DNA of 64,000 nucleotides from Haliotis rubra (Eukaryota), in NCBI RefSeq assembly GCF_003918875.1, contig NW_025767314.1, positions 310,001 to 374,000 on the forward strand, written 5' to 3'. Each line of letters begins with the position of its first letter. Position 1 is the stretch's first letter. The notes under the pieces are model-generated. The model worked only from the letters and a program-made list of their open reading frames with translations, was not told where the DNA came from and did not search any database. Positions 1 to 13,734 of this stretch are shown here, piece after piece. The position numbers were made by a program, and so were the translations under genes.

Positions 1-3000
1 TTCTAAGGCTGCCGCGATGCCTTCAGTTCCTGGTACCTGTGGAAATAGATCTTGTGTGAGATTAGTTTGTGATGGTTACTGATGGTAGTGTATCTTTGGA
101 CACGACATAGAGTTGTCTTACGCCCCTCCAAACTCGCTTGTTAATATGCCAATGACTGAAGAATATACAATCTGAGAAAACTGTGAAAAAATGTTGGTTA
201 ACGCTTCTCTCTGTCATATTCCAGCAGTATGACGACTATCTCTCTACTGGGACTGACTGGTCAGACTGGTTTAATGCATATCCTCGTTTCCCAATTGCTT
301 AGATTTATGTTCGTTATGTCAGTCTGATCCAGACTCGCTTATTGTACAGATTGTTGTTATAGAGCTGGAAGATTGCGGAGTTAAACAACAACCACACAAC
401 TGATTGCGTCCCAACCAAACAATCCAGTGATTTCGATCGAGCAAATCGATGCACGCAATCTACTTACTCGCTCCCGTTAGTGACCACCTTACGACAAGCA
501 TTGGTTTGAAAATTATAATCCTATCTAAACGTGCAGCAGACATAACTAACCCGTGGAAACGAAATAATTGCAAGAGGATTTTGTTCCTACATATATGCAA
601 CAAATCCACTGAAAAAAACTTGGAAAAAACAATTTCAATTTAAAAGTTACTCACTCATACTCATTCAATATATATCCATATGTTTGTATGACTATTTTGA
701 CCCTTCGGGCGCACCATGCATTATGTTAAGATATGCACGTGCTACGATCACGTGCAATACGTGGACCCGTCATGAAGCAAATATCAAGTTTGAGGAAAAA
801 AACTTTCTGCTCAATAACACATGGAAAATCTCATTTAAATGTTGATAGGCAAATGTGGGGTCAACAGACAACTCCTGAAAAGCAGACATTTCAATGAGGG
901 CTACCACAAAAGATGTTGGTTACACTTATTCACACTTGTGTTGAAGGAAACTGATGATTATTGGTGAAAGATTATCTGGTTTAACACGTCATGGTTTAGT
1001 TCGGTAACTAGGAGCTTTGCAACAAATTTGGACCTATGCTCCAAAACTGAAATATCAAAATGACTTTTTGTCTTAATTTGTACAACTAACATTGTTATCT
1101 AACTCACCATAGTGTCTATTCCCAACATCATCAGTGTGGCAAACGTCAAGACCGACCACGATTGGGGAAAAGGGAGAGAAGCCAGCATCTCTGGGTAAAC
1201 GATGAAGGCAAGGTTGTAACCTGAAACACATGTTTTCATGAAGATGAGTGTGTTCTCACAATCATTAAGTGAAGGATGAGCCATGGGTATTTGTCAGTAA
1301 CCATGTTGGCCCCTGATTCATAGTTACATATCGATTCGTCAAGGGTAAGGACATTTGAACCAACCCGTGAGGCTACTGGTGGGAAATGGTCTTCAGCAAC
1401 CCATGCTTTTCATAAGAGGCAACCAACTGGATCTCGATCTGCTGTTCACGGGTACACACCAAGATGAAATGGAAAATCCCCAATTTTCCAGCCTGGTGTT
1501 GTGTGTTTCATATGATAATTCAAACAATAAAACGCACATCAACAGTTGAAGTCAAACTTGAAGTAGGAAAAGATAAAATTGTAAAATAATCCCAAATAGC
1601 AACCGATATGACATTAGTCATTGCTCAATACATGTCTCAAGTTTGGATGGAAAATGTTAAATAGGTTAAGCTCTGTTCCAGAAACAACACCTGTATCCGT
1701 TTTAAAAAAATCTTACTGGAAAGAAGGCGGGATGAAAGCAAATGACATTATGCTAACTGAGAAAATTGTCAGATTGTTATAGTGTACTTGCAGTAGCAGA
1801 CAGAACACCACCGCATTACCTTGACTAGTAATAAGCCCCAATTGTTCCCGCCTTGAGCAATTTTGGGGCGTCACAGTAGATGCATCCTGATGGTGAAGGT
1901 AACCAAAATGACCGCAAGAGGGATGCTCAGGAGCACCAGAAATGTAAACAATATTTCTAAACGCTCCTATTCACCTAGAACATCAAGTGGACACGTGGAA
2001 CTATGTATTTATCGGTTACCTACCTGATGATTCTAAAGCATCCACGCTAACTCCACGCATGTAGGCAATGTGGCCGACGATTGTGAAGAAAGCAAATCCA
2101 GTTATAACAGCTGAGAGGGAATCAACCAAGCAAAGCATTACTGCATTTCTGAAATGTTCAACCCTTTAAGTCAGGATGTACACCAGTAGAGAAGATGGTT
2201 GGTTGGTGTATTCCCAAATGTGCACAGTGGCACAGAAAGGAAGGTTAGTGGCACAGCTGACTTATAATCATATTGACATGTATTGGATACATATCTTGCG
2301 CTAATTAACGTTCGATTTTACGATACTTGTACAGTACTCCACTGTCTCGTTTAATTATTTTGTAACATAATCAGGGTAATTTCTGGATTAGAACACGCGA
2401 TTATAGGTTTCTGCCACGTCGAAAGGATGCAGAAATGTAATTTAATTAGCATAGAAGGGAGTAAGAACAACTAATAACACGGGTGATGAAGCCAATAAAC
2501 AGGAGGGAGTAAGTCATAAACAGATAGAAGCGATAAAACTCTTTCCACAATCGTAAGAAATCTCTGCTGAAAGCAACAAGAAGATCGGGTGCTATTGATA
2601 GAGCGTATAGCTTGATTAACGCTTTGTAGACCGATGTTATGTAGTACCCTTGGTCTCTATTAATCAAAGGATGCATGGTTTGTGGTGACTAATTTCGATG
2701 GCTTACAATTTCGATTTGTTTGGCTGTTTGGTGTTCTTACTCCCCCTACTGGCCTCGTCCAAATATGTGTCACTTGTTATCAACTACATGCTATTGTTAA
2801 TGTTAATCTCATCACTTGGTTTTAGTCACTATAGCTTGATAATAGTGTAAGAATCTACACTGAAAGGTCGCTCTATGACAATAAATAAGAAGTTGTCATC
2901 CATAATGATGTATGTTTTCATTATTCACCAAAGTAGTAAACGACAATCACTTAAAAGTCACATGCAACCAAAAAATCAAACATAATTAAAACACAATTAT

Positions 3001-6000
3001 CACTTTTTCATGACATATAATATGCATTGCTGATTATGAAAAAACAAATAAACAAAATTATAAGCGTATAATCGCAAATCAAAAGTGCAATATTTTGTAC
3101 TTGGGTTTATCTCCCTCGAAACGAAGCACCCGGGACACCGAACCCAGTCAGAGCGTGTGTATATATAGAGATGTTTTGTTTTGTAAATACATGCTAATTT
3201 TTTGTGTATAACATTTTGCAATCAACAGACATCATAACATGTCATGTGTTCAAGTATCACACCTGCCTGTCTGTGTAATTACATAATGTGACAGAGACCG
3301 AACTCGGGCCATAAATCAATGCGTTTTGTTTATGGTGTATAGCCTGATTGGTGTTAAGTTCAAATTGCATGTGGTCAGTGATCGCAGTTGTGTATTGAAT
3401 ATTGTCATTAGCAGACAGGCAAGGCAGACACACAGGTGTCAATAAAACAAGACATTGAGTTTTGTCTGTGACAGCGACATATCTATATCACAGTTAGAAA
3501 TTGTGTCAACGCTAAATAATGACATTGCTTTTAAGTATCGAACTGAGAAAGTGACTCGGTAAGAAGAACGTGTGGTGAAATAGACAAATGAAATTATATA
3601 AACAGTTTATTTACTGTCATAACATATAGAAAGCTCGCGCCTGTGAGATATCAACAAAACATTAGAAAAATAGCTCACACCAAAGCCTACACCGAGTATT
3701 CACCAGACAGCCCGCTTCCAAGTTGCGCGAACCTATTTCACTGCGCACGTGCTATGAGCGCAGCCCAGCTGCTGAAACCCGTATTCCCCAGAAAAGTCTG
3801 GGGAAAATTAGTGAAACGTTTGATCTCCGATTTCGCGCGTTTTTTTCATCCCGTTATTTTTCAACTTTATAAGTTGAATTTGCATTTTTGACGAAAGGTA
3901 TCAGAATCTGCAAAGTTGTGTTTTACGTTGCATGTGACCTTTAAAGCTTCCGTTTCAGATTAAGCTAACACAACATGATATTACACATGAACGAACTGTA
4001 ATGATTACGTTAAAGATGGCACTTTTACCATAATATATTATATATTAATAACATCCTGAGCCAACATAAATTAATCATACTTAAGGCAGTTGTTGTCCAT
4101 TCTGTTGCGACCAGACATGGTAATAATACATCCATTGGCAATACCCAGTGAATGCAGTGCATAGCTACAGGCTTGGATCCAAACCTACAAGCAAACAGAG
4201 TGAGTTTTGAACAATAGTTACATCGGGAGTATGTCAGCCATATCATGTCTACAAGTTATAATTATACATTCATGATGCATTAAGGTAGAATATTTAACCT
4301 GTTCACAAAGGACAGCAAAACCAATTCGATTATCACATATATAAATGAAAAATAGCATTTTATGTTAGATGACAATGCAATGTACAAAGGACTGTTGACA
4401 ACCAACCAGAAGAATCCGATATGAATGTTTGTATTGGTGTGATGTTGGCATAACTTGTAAGTGATTAATGACATGTTAAAATGCGTATATTTATATTATT
4501 ATTGTTATTGATATTAATCATTTATAAATATATCTTTGTATTTACAATGCACGGGTCACCGTGTTTGGCAGATTGACTCATTTGAGTTTCTTGACCCGTC
4601 CTTCCCCTCAACGAAGCACATGTTATACATCTGGCCCCGATTTCTCGAAACAAACTTAAGTCTGAGTTTTGACTTAGTTAAAGTTTTGACTCAAATTTGA
4701 GAAAATGCATTTCTCAGAATGAACTGAAATCGATATTAAACTCAAACATGGTAGACAATTTGAGTTTGGTAGATAGATTACTTAAGTTGCTTGGGCTTTT
4801 TTATTTATAAAATGCAGTTGAGTTAAGAATTCAGCTGTTTCAAAATGTCAAGCTCAGTTTGAAATTTGAGTACAAACTTAAGTTTGTTTCGAGAAATCGA
4901 GGCCCGGTCTCAGATTAGACAAGCGACAGGGAACCCGCTGAAATAATGCCGATGCGAATTTAATGTTTTAGTCACTCCTTCGTCAAATAAGAAGCCGATA
5001 TAACCAGTCAAGTGAAGAGGAGTTCCCACTCAACATGTGAATGAGCCAGTGGTTATGTGTAATTGCCTTTGAAATTGGGCTTTAATAGTCATTTCTGTGT
5101 GAATTGCCGTGGCTGTTGGGTCTCTCTCTTCTGTACCATCTACTGGCCTGGGCGACATCTATGACAGAATGTTGAAATCTGATCAATTCTCGTGACCTCT
5201 GCACGTTGTATCCTGCTGCGAAGCAAATAGCCGCACGTTATCGAAATGCTCGCGCCGCAGCATCTGTTTTCTGTCAATTTTCATTACGGCCACAACTTAG
5301 ACTCCACGTAGCTTTGAGGACACCTTCATCTAATTCATCGGTCAAATCAATATGTGATTGCTGGAGTATTGGGGTTTGGTTTTTTTGAAAATTAAAAATA
5401 ACCTGAATTTACATCTTGACAATATATATTTAATCTAAATTCATCAGTCAGTTTAAATTGTTAACATGTTACAGTACTGAACTCATAACAGCAGTGCAAA
5501 AGAATAACTTATATTAATACTCAGAAGTCCGTCTGGTGTAAAGGGGAAAATAGTTGTGAAAGTTATATGAGTGGATCGCCGAAAATCAGTGATGACACCA
5601 GGCGTTCCCGACAAGGGTAAGCATGTCCTGCCCTACAGATAGCACCGGTCATTTACACAATTTGTATTTCGCATTGACGCCGTGTGCTCTTAGCGTGCGA
5701 CGGCGGACTTTAAACAAACCGGGCAACCAAGTGGTCGCGGGACCGGAAAGTCCAGTCAGAAAATTTTGAATTTCGACTGTTGCGTGGAATTACAGAGATT
5801 TCAGTGCTTACAAGTACAGAAATATATTTGGGAGTTGTTTCTTTTACAACACACTGCGTGTCAGTGTTAATGTCACTGCATTACTTGGTTATCAAATCTG
5901 CATGTGTTTGGTACGAAGAGGCAGGATGCGCTCACCTTCTTGTGGCCAGTTAATATCATGGATTAAAAACATGCTATTTATTACGTCTGAATCACACAAT

Positions 6001-8722
6001 CAATCGTATTGCAGATATTCCTTATAAATATGGAAAGTGTTTTCGCGTTCCTCTATGTATTTACATTTGTTGTTTCAAGAGACAAATTGTATCATGTAAT
6101 TATAAACAAATTGTACTTGGCCGACGTTAGCAAACTCACTTTGGGTTCCATGAGCCGTTCAAACTTTGGATAAATGTAAAAGTATATTCCATCAGCTGAT
6201 CCAGGAAGTTGGCAACCACGGATGAGGAACACTGTGATGAGGATGGTTGGGAGAGCCACAGTGATGTAGACAAGCTGGTGCAAGAATATACATATTCATA
6301 CAATATTAGATCATATGCATAATCTACTTTCTTTTTTATGGGGAAAAAGCCGGTCGATTGGGTTAGTGGTTCAAGCGTTCGATCATCACGTCGAAGTTAT
6401 TGGTTCGAATACTCACATGGGTACAATGTGAGAGTCCCAGTTCTGGTGTCACACGCCGTGACATTGCTGCAATATTGCTAAAAGAGGCGTAAATTCACTC
6501 ACTCACTTTTATTGGGAACAATGTAACCACTACCATTTATGCATGACATTGGAACTTGGATGTATTTTGTATTTTAGATATTTGTTGTAGTTTAGTTAAC
6601 GTTTAGAAAATAACTTTATGCTATTTTGCAATTCTGGATATTAACAGAACAGTGTGTTTTTAATTTCATTATAGACTGGCTTATAAGAATGTGTGACCCA
6701 GTTGTCGACACACAATTGTAATGTCGAGGGTATTGCTAGCTTCCTTACTTTCCCTGAAACCTTTATTCCTTTGAAAATCCACAGAAATATGATCATATGT
6801 GTGATCACCAAGCATCCAAAAAGATGCCATGTGATACCACCGAGGTTCATCAGACCGTCCGTCATTTCCAGCACCTTGTTTCTTAAATAAAAAGGATAGT
6901 CATGTACAAAGAATATCGATGATGAAATTTCGATACATAATACAACATACAATAACAGGTGCATGTAAGGAAGTTTCAATAAAGTATTTAACTCGTAACA
7001 ATCTCCCTCTGGAAACCCAAAAGCCGAGAAACTCTCCGTACTGTTTCTGACAAAAGATTTGACAAAATCCAACATGCAATTATCATTAATATATGCTAAG
7101 GATGAGAAAATGGGGAAAAAAAATGCATTTTCAAAAACTCGAAATTTAAACTACCTCGCACATCGGCGAAGAGTGACCCATGGGCGAGAATGTTTACCTT
7201 TGCTCAAAATTCATGTTTTAGAGCTTGTAAAGGAATGAGATTATGTTCATAAGTATCGTGACACAAAATGCGGATAATTTAGAACTTTATTATAATATCT
7301 CATGAGCAAGAATATCAGTCTTTCACTTTTTTGAACTGTAATACTTATCAAGGGGTAAGCAAAGGGACGACGGTTTGTATATTCATAATCTTATTACTTT
7401 GGAAAGGTGGAAACCTTACTTCCAGAACTCTTCAGCAGCAGTGACCCCGGTTATGTTGGGAGTGTTTCCTATCTCACTTCCATTATACGGAATACTGACA
7501 TTTGTAAAAGTTCTAAAATTCGTGCTGGATATACATGTAGGTGAGTTCCAAGTGTTGTTACAGTTGTCCCAAGGAAGTACTTCAGAGAAGGAATAGAATA
7601 GGTAATACATGAACCAAGAAAATGTGACATTATAGTAGCTATGGAAAAACCAGGCACATATGACAGCTCCCAGGCCCAGACCTGTAACAGAAAATAAACA
7701 TAAGTGAGATCATTATGAAATTGGGGAATTAGTGTACAGCAGTAGGTGAGGTCTCGTGATGTTTCACATGATCTTACTCTGTCACTTTCAGCTTGAATTT
7801 ACCTTTCCACGTGCTCAAACTGAAACATGAATCTTCTTATGAACATTTCACGATATTTGTAACTTTCGAGTACAGTTGCTATGATGCTAACGTGTACATT
7901 AGTCTCTGTTAAGGTTGGTTGGGTTGTAAATGAATGAATAGAAGTGCCGTCATAACTCCTTAGGAAATCAAATAACGAGACTGATTATTCAGGTAATCAT
8001 AGTATTACAGCTGAGAGCTCACCATGTCTCTCGGAGATATCACTGACCCATCTCCCTCCTAATGGGTAGTAATTCTTAAGACAATATAAAGTATACATGT
8101 ACTCATTATGTAAGTACTATAGATTCAGGATTCGATACGTACCTTTGAAGGAAGGACACAAGTTCCAGACGTTAACGGGTCCACTCTGAGAGTACTGGCC
8201 TATTGTCATTTCCACGAAAGTGCATGGGATGGCTCCGATTATTGTGAAGAATATGAACAGTATCAAAAATGCCCCTTTGTAAAAAATAAACATATGTCAG
8301 TAATCTGAAACGACTCAATTGACATACTTATATTTCTCGACATGATGTGAGCATTGTTTCAACAAATGCTCAGATGCGACATTTCAGTTTTGACAAATCA
8401 TCCTTCACACATTTACAATATACACTAATGCCACTGATCACAATTCACGTGTGAATAGTAGAATATTATCAGCAATTACTGACATTTAAAAGAACACAAT
8501 ATACAATAATTGCACTGATCCAAATTCATATGTGAATAGTTGAATATTAACAGTAATTACTGACATTTAAAAGAACACGTAGCAAGTTGGAGCCAGACAC
8601 AACCCACCTCCACCATTGCCCATACAGTAGAACGGAAACTTGATGAATGTTCCAGATCCCACCCCGTACCCAAGTAGGGTGACGAAGAAGTCGAACTGAT
8701 GGCTCCAGTGTTCACGCGGCAT
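1..8722 (-). CDS. SLC6/NSS family sodium-dependent transporter, atypical; 9 coding exons, 3' part runs off the window start
   Basis: In-phase GT-AG exons: 8608-8722 (MPREHWSHQFDFFVTLLGYGVGSGTFIKFPFYCMGNGG), 8143-8274 (GAFLILFIFF...EMTIGQYSQSGPVNVWNLCPSFK), 7420-7681 (GLGLG...SYYN...LPWDNCNNTWNSPTC...AAEEFWK), 6749-6881 (...FKGIKVSGK), 6140-6274 (LVYITVALP...LIRGCQLPGSADGIYFYIYPK), 4081-4184 (VWIQACSYALHSLGIANG...NNCL), 2024-2148 (NAVMLCLVDSLSAVITGFAFF...), 1108-1220 (GYNLAFIVYPEML...MMLGIDTM), 1-36 (VPGTEGIAAALE). Motif order matches SLC6 TM1-TM8. Confidence 0.93.
2955..3940. mobile_element. Non-autonomous DNA transposon, Kolobok-like
   Basis: TIRs AAGTCACATGCAAC (from 2955) and GTTGCATGTGACCT (to 3940), flanked by TTAA on both sides (2951-2954, 3941-3944). 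No transposase ORF. Confidence 0.7.
4634..4903. mobile_element. MITE, PIF/Harbinger-like, inserted in a 5S-derived SINE fragment
   Basis: ~28-bp TIRs GCCCCGATTTCTCGAAACAAACTTAAGT / ACTTAAGTTTGTTTCGAGAAATCGAGGC with a 3-bp CTG/CCG target duplication. The flanks rejoin to match the repeat at 29510-29612. Confidence 0.75.
6356..6508 (+). mobile_element. tRNA-derived SINE (family 1)
   Basis: A-box TAGTGGT, B-box GGTTCGAAT, shared body TGGGTACAATGTG...AATATTGCTAAAAG and (CACT)n tail. Many copies in the window. Confidence 0.8.
8417..8578. repeat. ~81-bp tandem duplication in SLC6 intron
   Basis: AATATACA...GTGAATAGT...TTACTGACATTTAAAAGAACAC occurs twice in tandem. Confidence 0.8.
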
Positions 8723-10084
8723 GGCTCGTTTCTACAACTGATAAGAACACATTCACGCCACTAACAGGGAGTGAAAGGTATTAGTAAGTATTCCTGCCAT
8801 ATCATGACGAAAGACAAATATACAGTTCAACAGTTCTAAAATGTCAACAAAACCCGGGTATCGTGTATTAGCACAATTTCTCTACCTATGTAATCGAAAT
8901 GGTCCTACTGATGTCATCACTTGCCACCTTTGTAGGAAAACAATTGCGTTTAAACTTTGGATATAATATGCACCTCCCTGCCAGCCCGGAAACTGTCCAA
9001 TGTGAAATATCTAGTGATACAGTTCGGTGGGCACTGGTAGAAAATCACTAATGGGGCCTTAACAAATACTGGTTTTCTATTACTCTTAAGTTTGGCAATG
9101 TGCATGTTCGCTATGAAATGTCATCTAAAGGAATGAAAGTCACTCTAGTTACTGTAATACTTTGTTATTTGGTACTAAATAAAGTTTAGAAGTGACAACA
9201 TCCATTCATCAATACTGACACTATAACTTTGTTGTTGTTTTAGGGGTCATTTCGAACTTCAGTAAGCATAATCCATTGTTTCTAAGAATGTATTATCCTT
9301 TTTGCCTGACATAAATGTATCTGAAGTCCTTTAAATGTTAAAATCTGGTAGTTTTAAACTCAGACTGATACACTCAAACAAAAGTAGCATTCCTCCATCA
9401 CCACTTTCTCATTCTTATAATTATCAGCATTATAATACACTATTGCATGTAGAAGGCTATCAGGTTCTCTCTGTCTGTGCGTGTACTGTAGATCATGTAC
9501 TTGAAAATTGTAGATGTAGTAACTTTGGTTTGTATGTTGAAACTGAAACATATACAAGTACACCTATGTCCCTTCTCTGTTACATGGTAAAACAGTTATT
9601 GAAAATGAAATGAATGCCGCTGGAAATGATTAAATTAGGTAAAAATCTAAGAAGGAATCAGTTTTTAACAAATTGAATAAAATGCATGTGCATCATTGCT
9701 TGCACAAACAGATATATGTACAAAAGAAGAACTCAGAAGCTTACCGTGAAACATTCTATTTTCTACAGTATGGGCATTTTACATTCTTTTCAATCTACAG
9801 TTACATCCCTTGTGCGGCAAGTTGTGCCTACACTTTCATTTTATGTTCGTATTAATACGTACAATGCTTATTTTGTGGGCTGGTGGTCCAATATACAGAA
9901 ATGAACTTCTTGTTTGTCTGTTTACCAGCGTGCACCTCAACATTGTCATTTAAAGGAACATGAGCCTTATCAATGTCTACATGTACATTTCTGGACAGAC
10001 GAAGTAAATTAGATGCAATAAAGGTTACCGTGCAAAATTGATATACATTCTTCAAAAAAAGAAACGCATAGGTGATTTTGAGAA

Positions 10085-10357
10085 TATTAGACTCATGTAG
10101 CTGCTTCAAAACCAATTCAAATATATTCTTTTTTTCCAAAACGCCATCTTTGTGTGATTGTAAATAGCCTCAGCGCCAAAACGCGGCAATTTTAACCTTT
10201 TCCCTTGTTTTAGAAGCGTTTCAAGAAATATTCGCCAAAACGTCACCACGAAAACATGCACAGCACAATGCACGAGCACGTAAGCGGACAAAACATGCGG
10301 TATCGTTCACTATAAAAAGGCAAACGTTGGGTTTAATTTTGTAATTCGTTTTTATCT
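10085..10357 (+). mobile_element. Tc1/mariner 5' non-coding fragment
   Basis: Aligns by eye with 11210-11455, the leader of the Tc1 copy downstream. Confidence 0.65.
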
Positions 10358-11169
10358 ATTTTGAATATTCATAGATATTTTTCAAGGTATGCAATTCCAG
10401 TTAATGAGTATGCTAGTTGTCAATACTTTCATCAAATCTCTAATCACGACATCTACATGCATTAAATAGCATGACTATTGACAATTCGTTCCTGAGGTTA
10501 TGTTATAATTAAAAGTGCATATTTTTATTACTGAAGTTGGTTATTTATCAAGTCATTCGTTCCTTCATTAATATGGACAAGTTTAATGAATAAAATGGGA
10601 AAAAAAGTAGAAATATGAAAATAATGCATTAAATCATATTAATGAATAATTCATAATAAACAGTAAGTCCCTTGTTTTTAATATGGAACTGGCTGTGTGA
10701 TAAGCCAACGTATCGTTGATTGTGACAAGCCTACTGATGCTTCACGCTCAAGTTATTCAGTGTATATATTCATTCATATATATTTATTTATTGTAGCGTA
10801 TTATTTAAATGTATGAAATGTTATTGTATATTTTCTTGGAATCAATATTGAAGTAAGCGCTGTCACGGTGAATTGCATATTACTGTGAAATGGCAGCACA
10901 TCATTGTGGTGTTTCAAGAACGAGCTGTGGAACTTGTGGAGACGTCGAGAACGTAATTAGTCTCCGAAACCGATAATAAAGTCTGGAACAGATAACGCAG
11001 GGACTGGGTCAACGAAGTCAGCAAACCTGACCCATTAGTCGCGTTCTTACGACAAGCTTGTGTTGCTGAAGACCATTTCTGATCCGGTTATCCACGGGCT
11101 GGAATACAATGATTAAGTCATACAAGTCACCGATCCTTCTTCTATTGCTTTCACAATTGATATTATGAT

Positions 11170-13070
11170 AAATGCTCTTCAAAAACGAAACGCTTAGATG
11201 ATTTTGAGTATAATGGACTCATGCAGCTACGACAAAACGTCATATTTGTGTGATTATAAACAGCTTCGGTGCCAAAACACGGCAGTTTGTACTTTTTTCC
11301 TTTCTTGTCGAAGCGCTTGAAGAAATATTCGCCAAAAACGTCACCAAGAAAATATGCAAAGCAAAATGCTCGTGCAAGTAAGCGGAAAAGCATATTACGG
11401 TAACGATCACTACAAAAGGCAAACGTTGTGTTTAATTTCTGATATTCGTTTTTGCCTGGAAAAGAGGAGATCATCACGCCACGACTGACTGCCGCCTATC
11501 GAAAGATCGCCATATGCTGAATTGAAGAGTCGCAGTCTGCAGTTGCCAAACATTTCAACGTTCATCAGAGCACCATATATCGCATTTGGGATCGTTTCCT
11601 TCTGACCAATTATAATAAATAATAATAGGGAATTTATATAGCACATTAATCCATGCTCAATGCATGCTCTAAGCGCATATATGTGTGGGTATTGAGAGTC
11701 ATTTTAGAAAGGCAGTTTTGAATAAGTAGGTTTTTAGCTTAGATTGGGAGGAGGCAAGAGTTGAAGACTATGAGATTGAGTGGGAGATTGTTGCATTGAA
11801 AGCAAAGGAACGTTGTCCATAGTTCACAGATTTCACAGATTGAACTGGCAACAGGAGCTTGATTTCTGACCGCAGTTATCGAGCTGGTTTGTACTCTGTG
11901 ATCAAATCACACAGATAATGTGGAGCACTTTCAGACAGACATCGATACACATGACACGAGATCTTACAGCTGATTCTCTGTCGGATGGGCAGCCAGTGTA
12001 GGTCATGTAAAATTGGGGTGATGTGGTCGTACTTACTGCACCTTGAGGCTATCCGAGCAGCTATATTCTGGATGTGCTGTTCTGAGGCTGTTACAATAAA
12101 CACTCCTAGATGTTACCAGGGTTAGTATCAGGATGATCGCCCGACAAGCGGCCGTTCAAGAGTTACTACCCAAGCCTAGGGCCGCTACATCCAGATTGTT
12201 CCCTTGCGTCGTCTGCACAACGCATCTCAGGTTTGAGAAGAAATTCTGTCAGGAATCGATTGCGTGAAGAGGAGATTCGACCAAGAAGGCCCTCTGTTGA
12301 GAGACTTACTTTGGCGCAATCGCTTGCGGTGGTGTCGTAGAGCCCAAAACTAGAACCTTAGAAACTGGAGGAGAGTCAGGTTCAGTGATGTATCACGATT
12401 TCTTCTTCACGGGCGAGATGGAAGACAACGTGTTTACTGTCGGATAAATGAACGTTTTGCTAATTGCATTCGAAAGGTGTCGGGTAAGATATCCAGCTCA
12501 CAATCATCTGAGTTAGTGGTGGCTCAGGGGAAGTTGACAGCAAATCGATACACCAAGGAAGTCCTTGTACGTCACATGCTACTGATTATGGACCGACAGA
12601 GGCAGTTGTTCTAGCTTGACAACGGTACTTCACATACGGCACGCGTCACGTTCCGCTATCAATTCTAACGTCAATGTCTTGCCGTGGCCTTTCCGATCAC
12701 CAGACGTAAACCAGATAGAACATCTATTTGATGAACTCGGTGGACGTGTACGTGAACGTCAAAACACACCTTAGAGACTTCCACAACTGACTATTGCATT
12801 GCAGGAAGAGTGGGAAAGAATTCCACAAAAGACGTTCCTTCTCCAGTCTGTACCGAGACGTTGCCGAGCAGTAATTGCCCCCAATGTGGGCCATACAAAA
12901 TACGGACTTCAAGGCCATCTTGTGGACTCAAGTAAACAAAAACGCGAACTCTTTGTCTATTGAATTTCTATTAAATATAATATCATATTATGGCTGGGAA
13001 CCTGTATGAAAATTGTTTTAAATTAGGAACATTAAAATATGTTTCACGTATCAATGCAGTATCCACACAA
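11170..13070 (+). mobile_element. Degenerate Tc1/mariner transposon interrupted by a LINE
   Basis: HTH region PRLTAAYRKIAI..SQSAVAKHFNVHQSTIYRIW (11478-11610) resumes at ~12130 (DDRPTSGRSRVTT). It continues through FSD, LDN and WP.RSPDVNQIEH-like motifs to GHTKY near 12900, with stops and frameshifts. Ends approximate. Confidence 0.8.
11611..12110 (-). mobile_element. L2/CR1-like LINE 3' fragment nested in the Tc1
   Basis: ORF 11876-12103 IQNIAARI...DHITPILHDLHWLPIRQRI matches the ORF2 C-terminus of this LINE group, with a (TAA)n-type tail at ~11611. Confidence 0.85.
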
Positions 13071-13077
13071 TCTAATA

Positions 13078-13650
13078 TACTGAGTCAAAAAGAAACTTCA
13101 CATTCTTTCTTCAGGGTACTATAAAAGGACAAGAGATGGTAAGATGGTTAAATTGTTATTATTTCATTGCTGAGATGTACTCGATACACTGTGATGTACT
13201 CGATACACTGACAGTGCCATAATCAGTTCCATTAGGCTACACCGCCGTTCCAAAACATGGGTATACAGAATGTCAAGTCACAAGAATAAAAATGCGAAAT
13301 TTCGCAGTTCAATATCGTGTATGGCCGCCCCGCGCATTCACCACTGCCAAACACCGTCTCCTCATCGACTGCCTGATGTTTGTGAACACGTGGTTGGGGA
13401 TTCTGCGCCATTGCTCTTGCAAGGCAGCGCCAAGTTCCTGCAAATTCTGAGGTTGGTTCCTTAGACCACGAAGCCTTCTCCCAAGTGCATCTCAAACGTG
13501 CTCTATTGGATTAAGGTCAGGGGACCTCGATGGCCAGTCCATGACGTTGATTCCAGCGTTTTGAAGGAAATTTCGTGTCAACATCGCGGTATGCGGCCAA
13601 GCATTATCGTGCTGGAACTGTAGACCTGGGCCATGAGCCGCCATGAAAGG
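13078..13650 (-). mobile_element. Tc1/mariner transposon 3' half
   Basis: FQHDNAWPH...DWPSRSPDLNPIEHV, followed by a TA-flanked terminus at ~13078. Confidence 0.85.
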
Positions 13651-13734
13651 AACGTAAGAAACCTTGGTGGGTATTACTGTTTTTGTTGCAAGAGCAGCCT
13701 TTACTGTTGCATCAGCACTACTGTTTCCTGGTAT

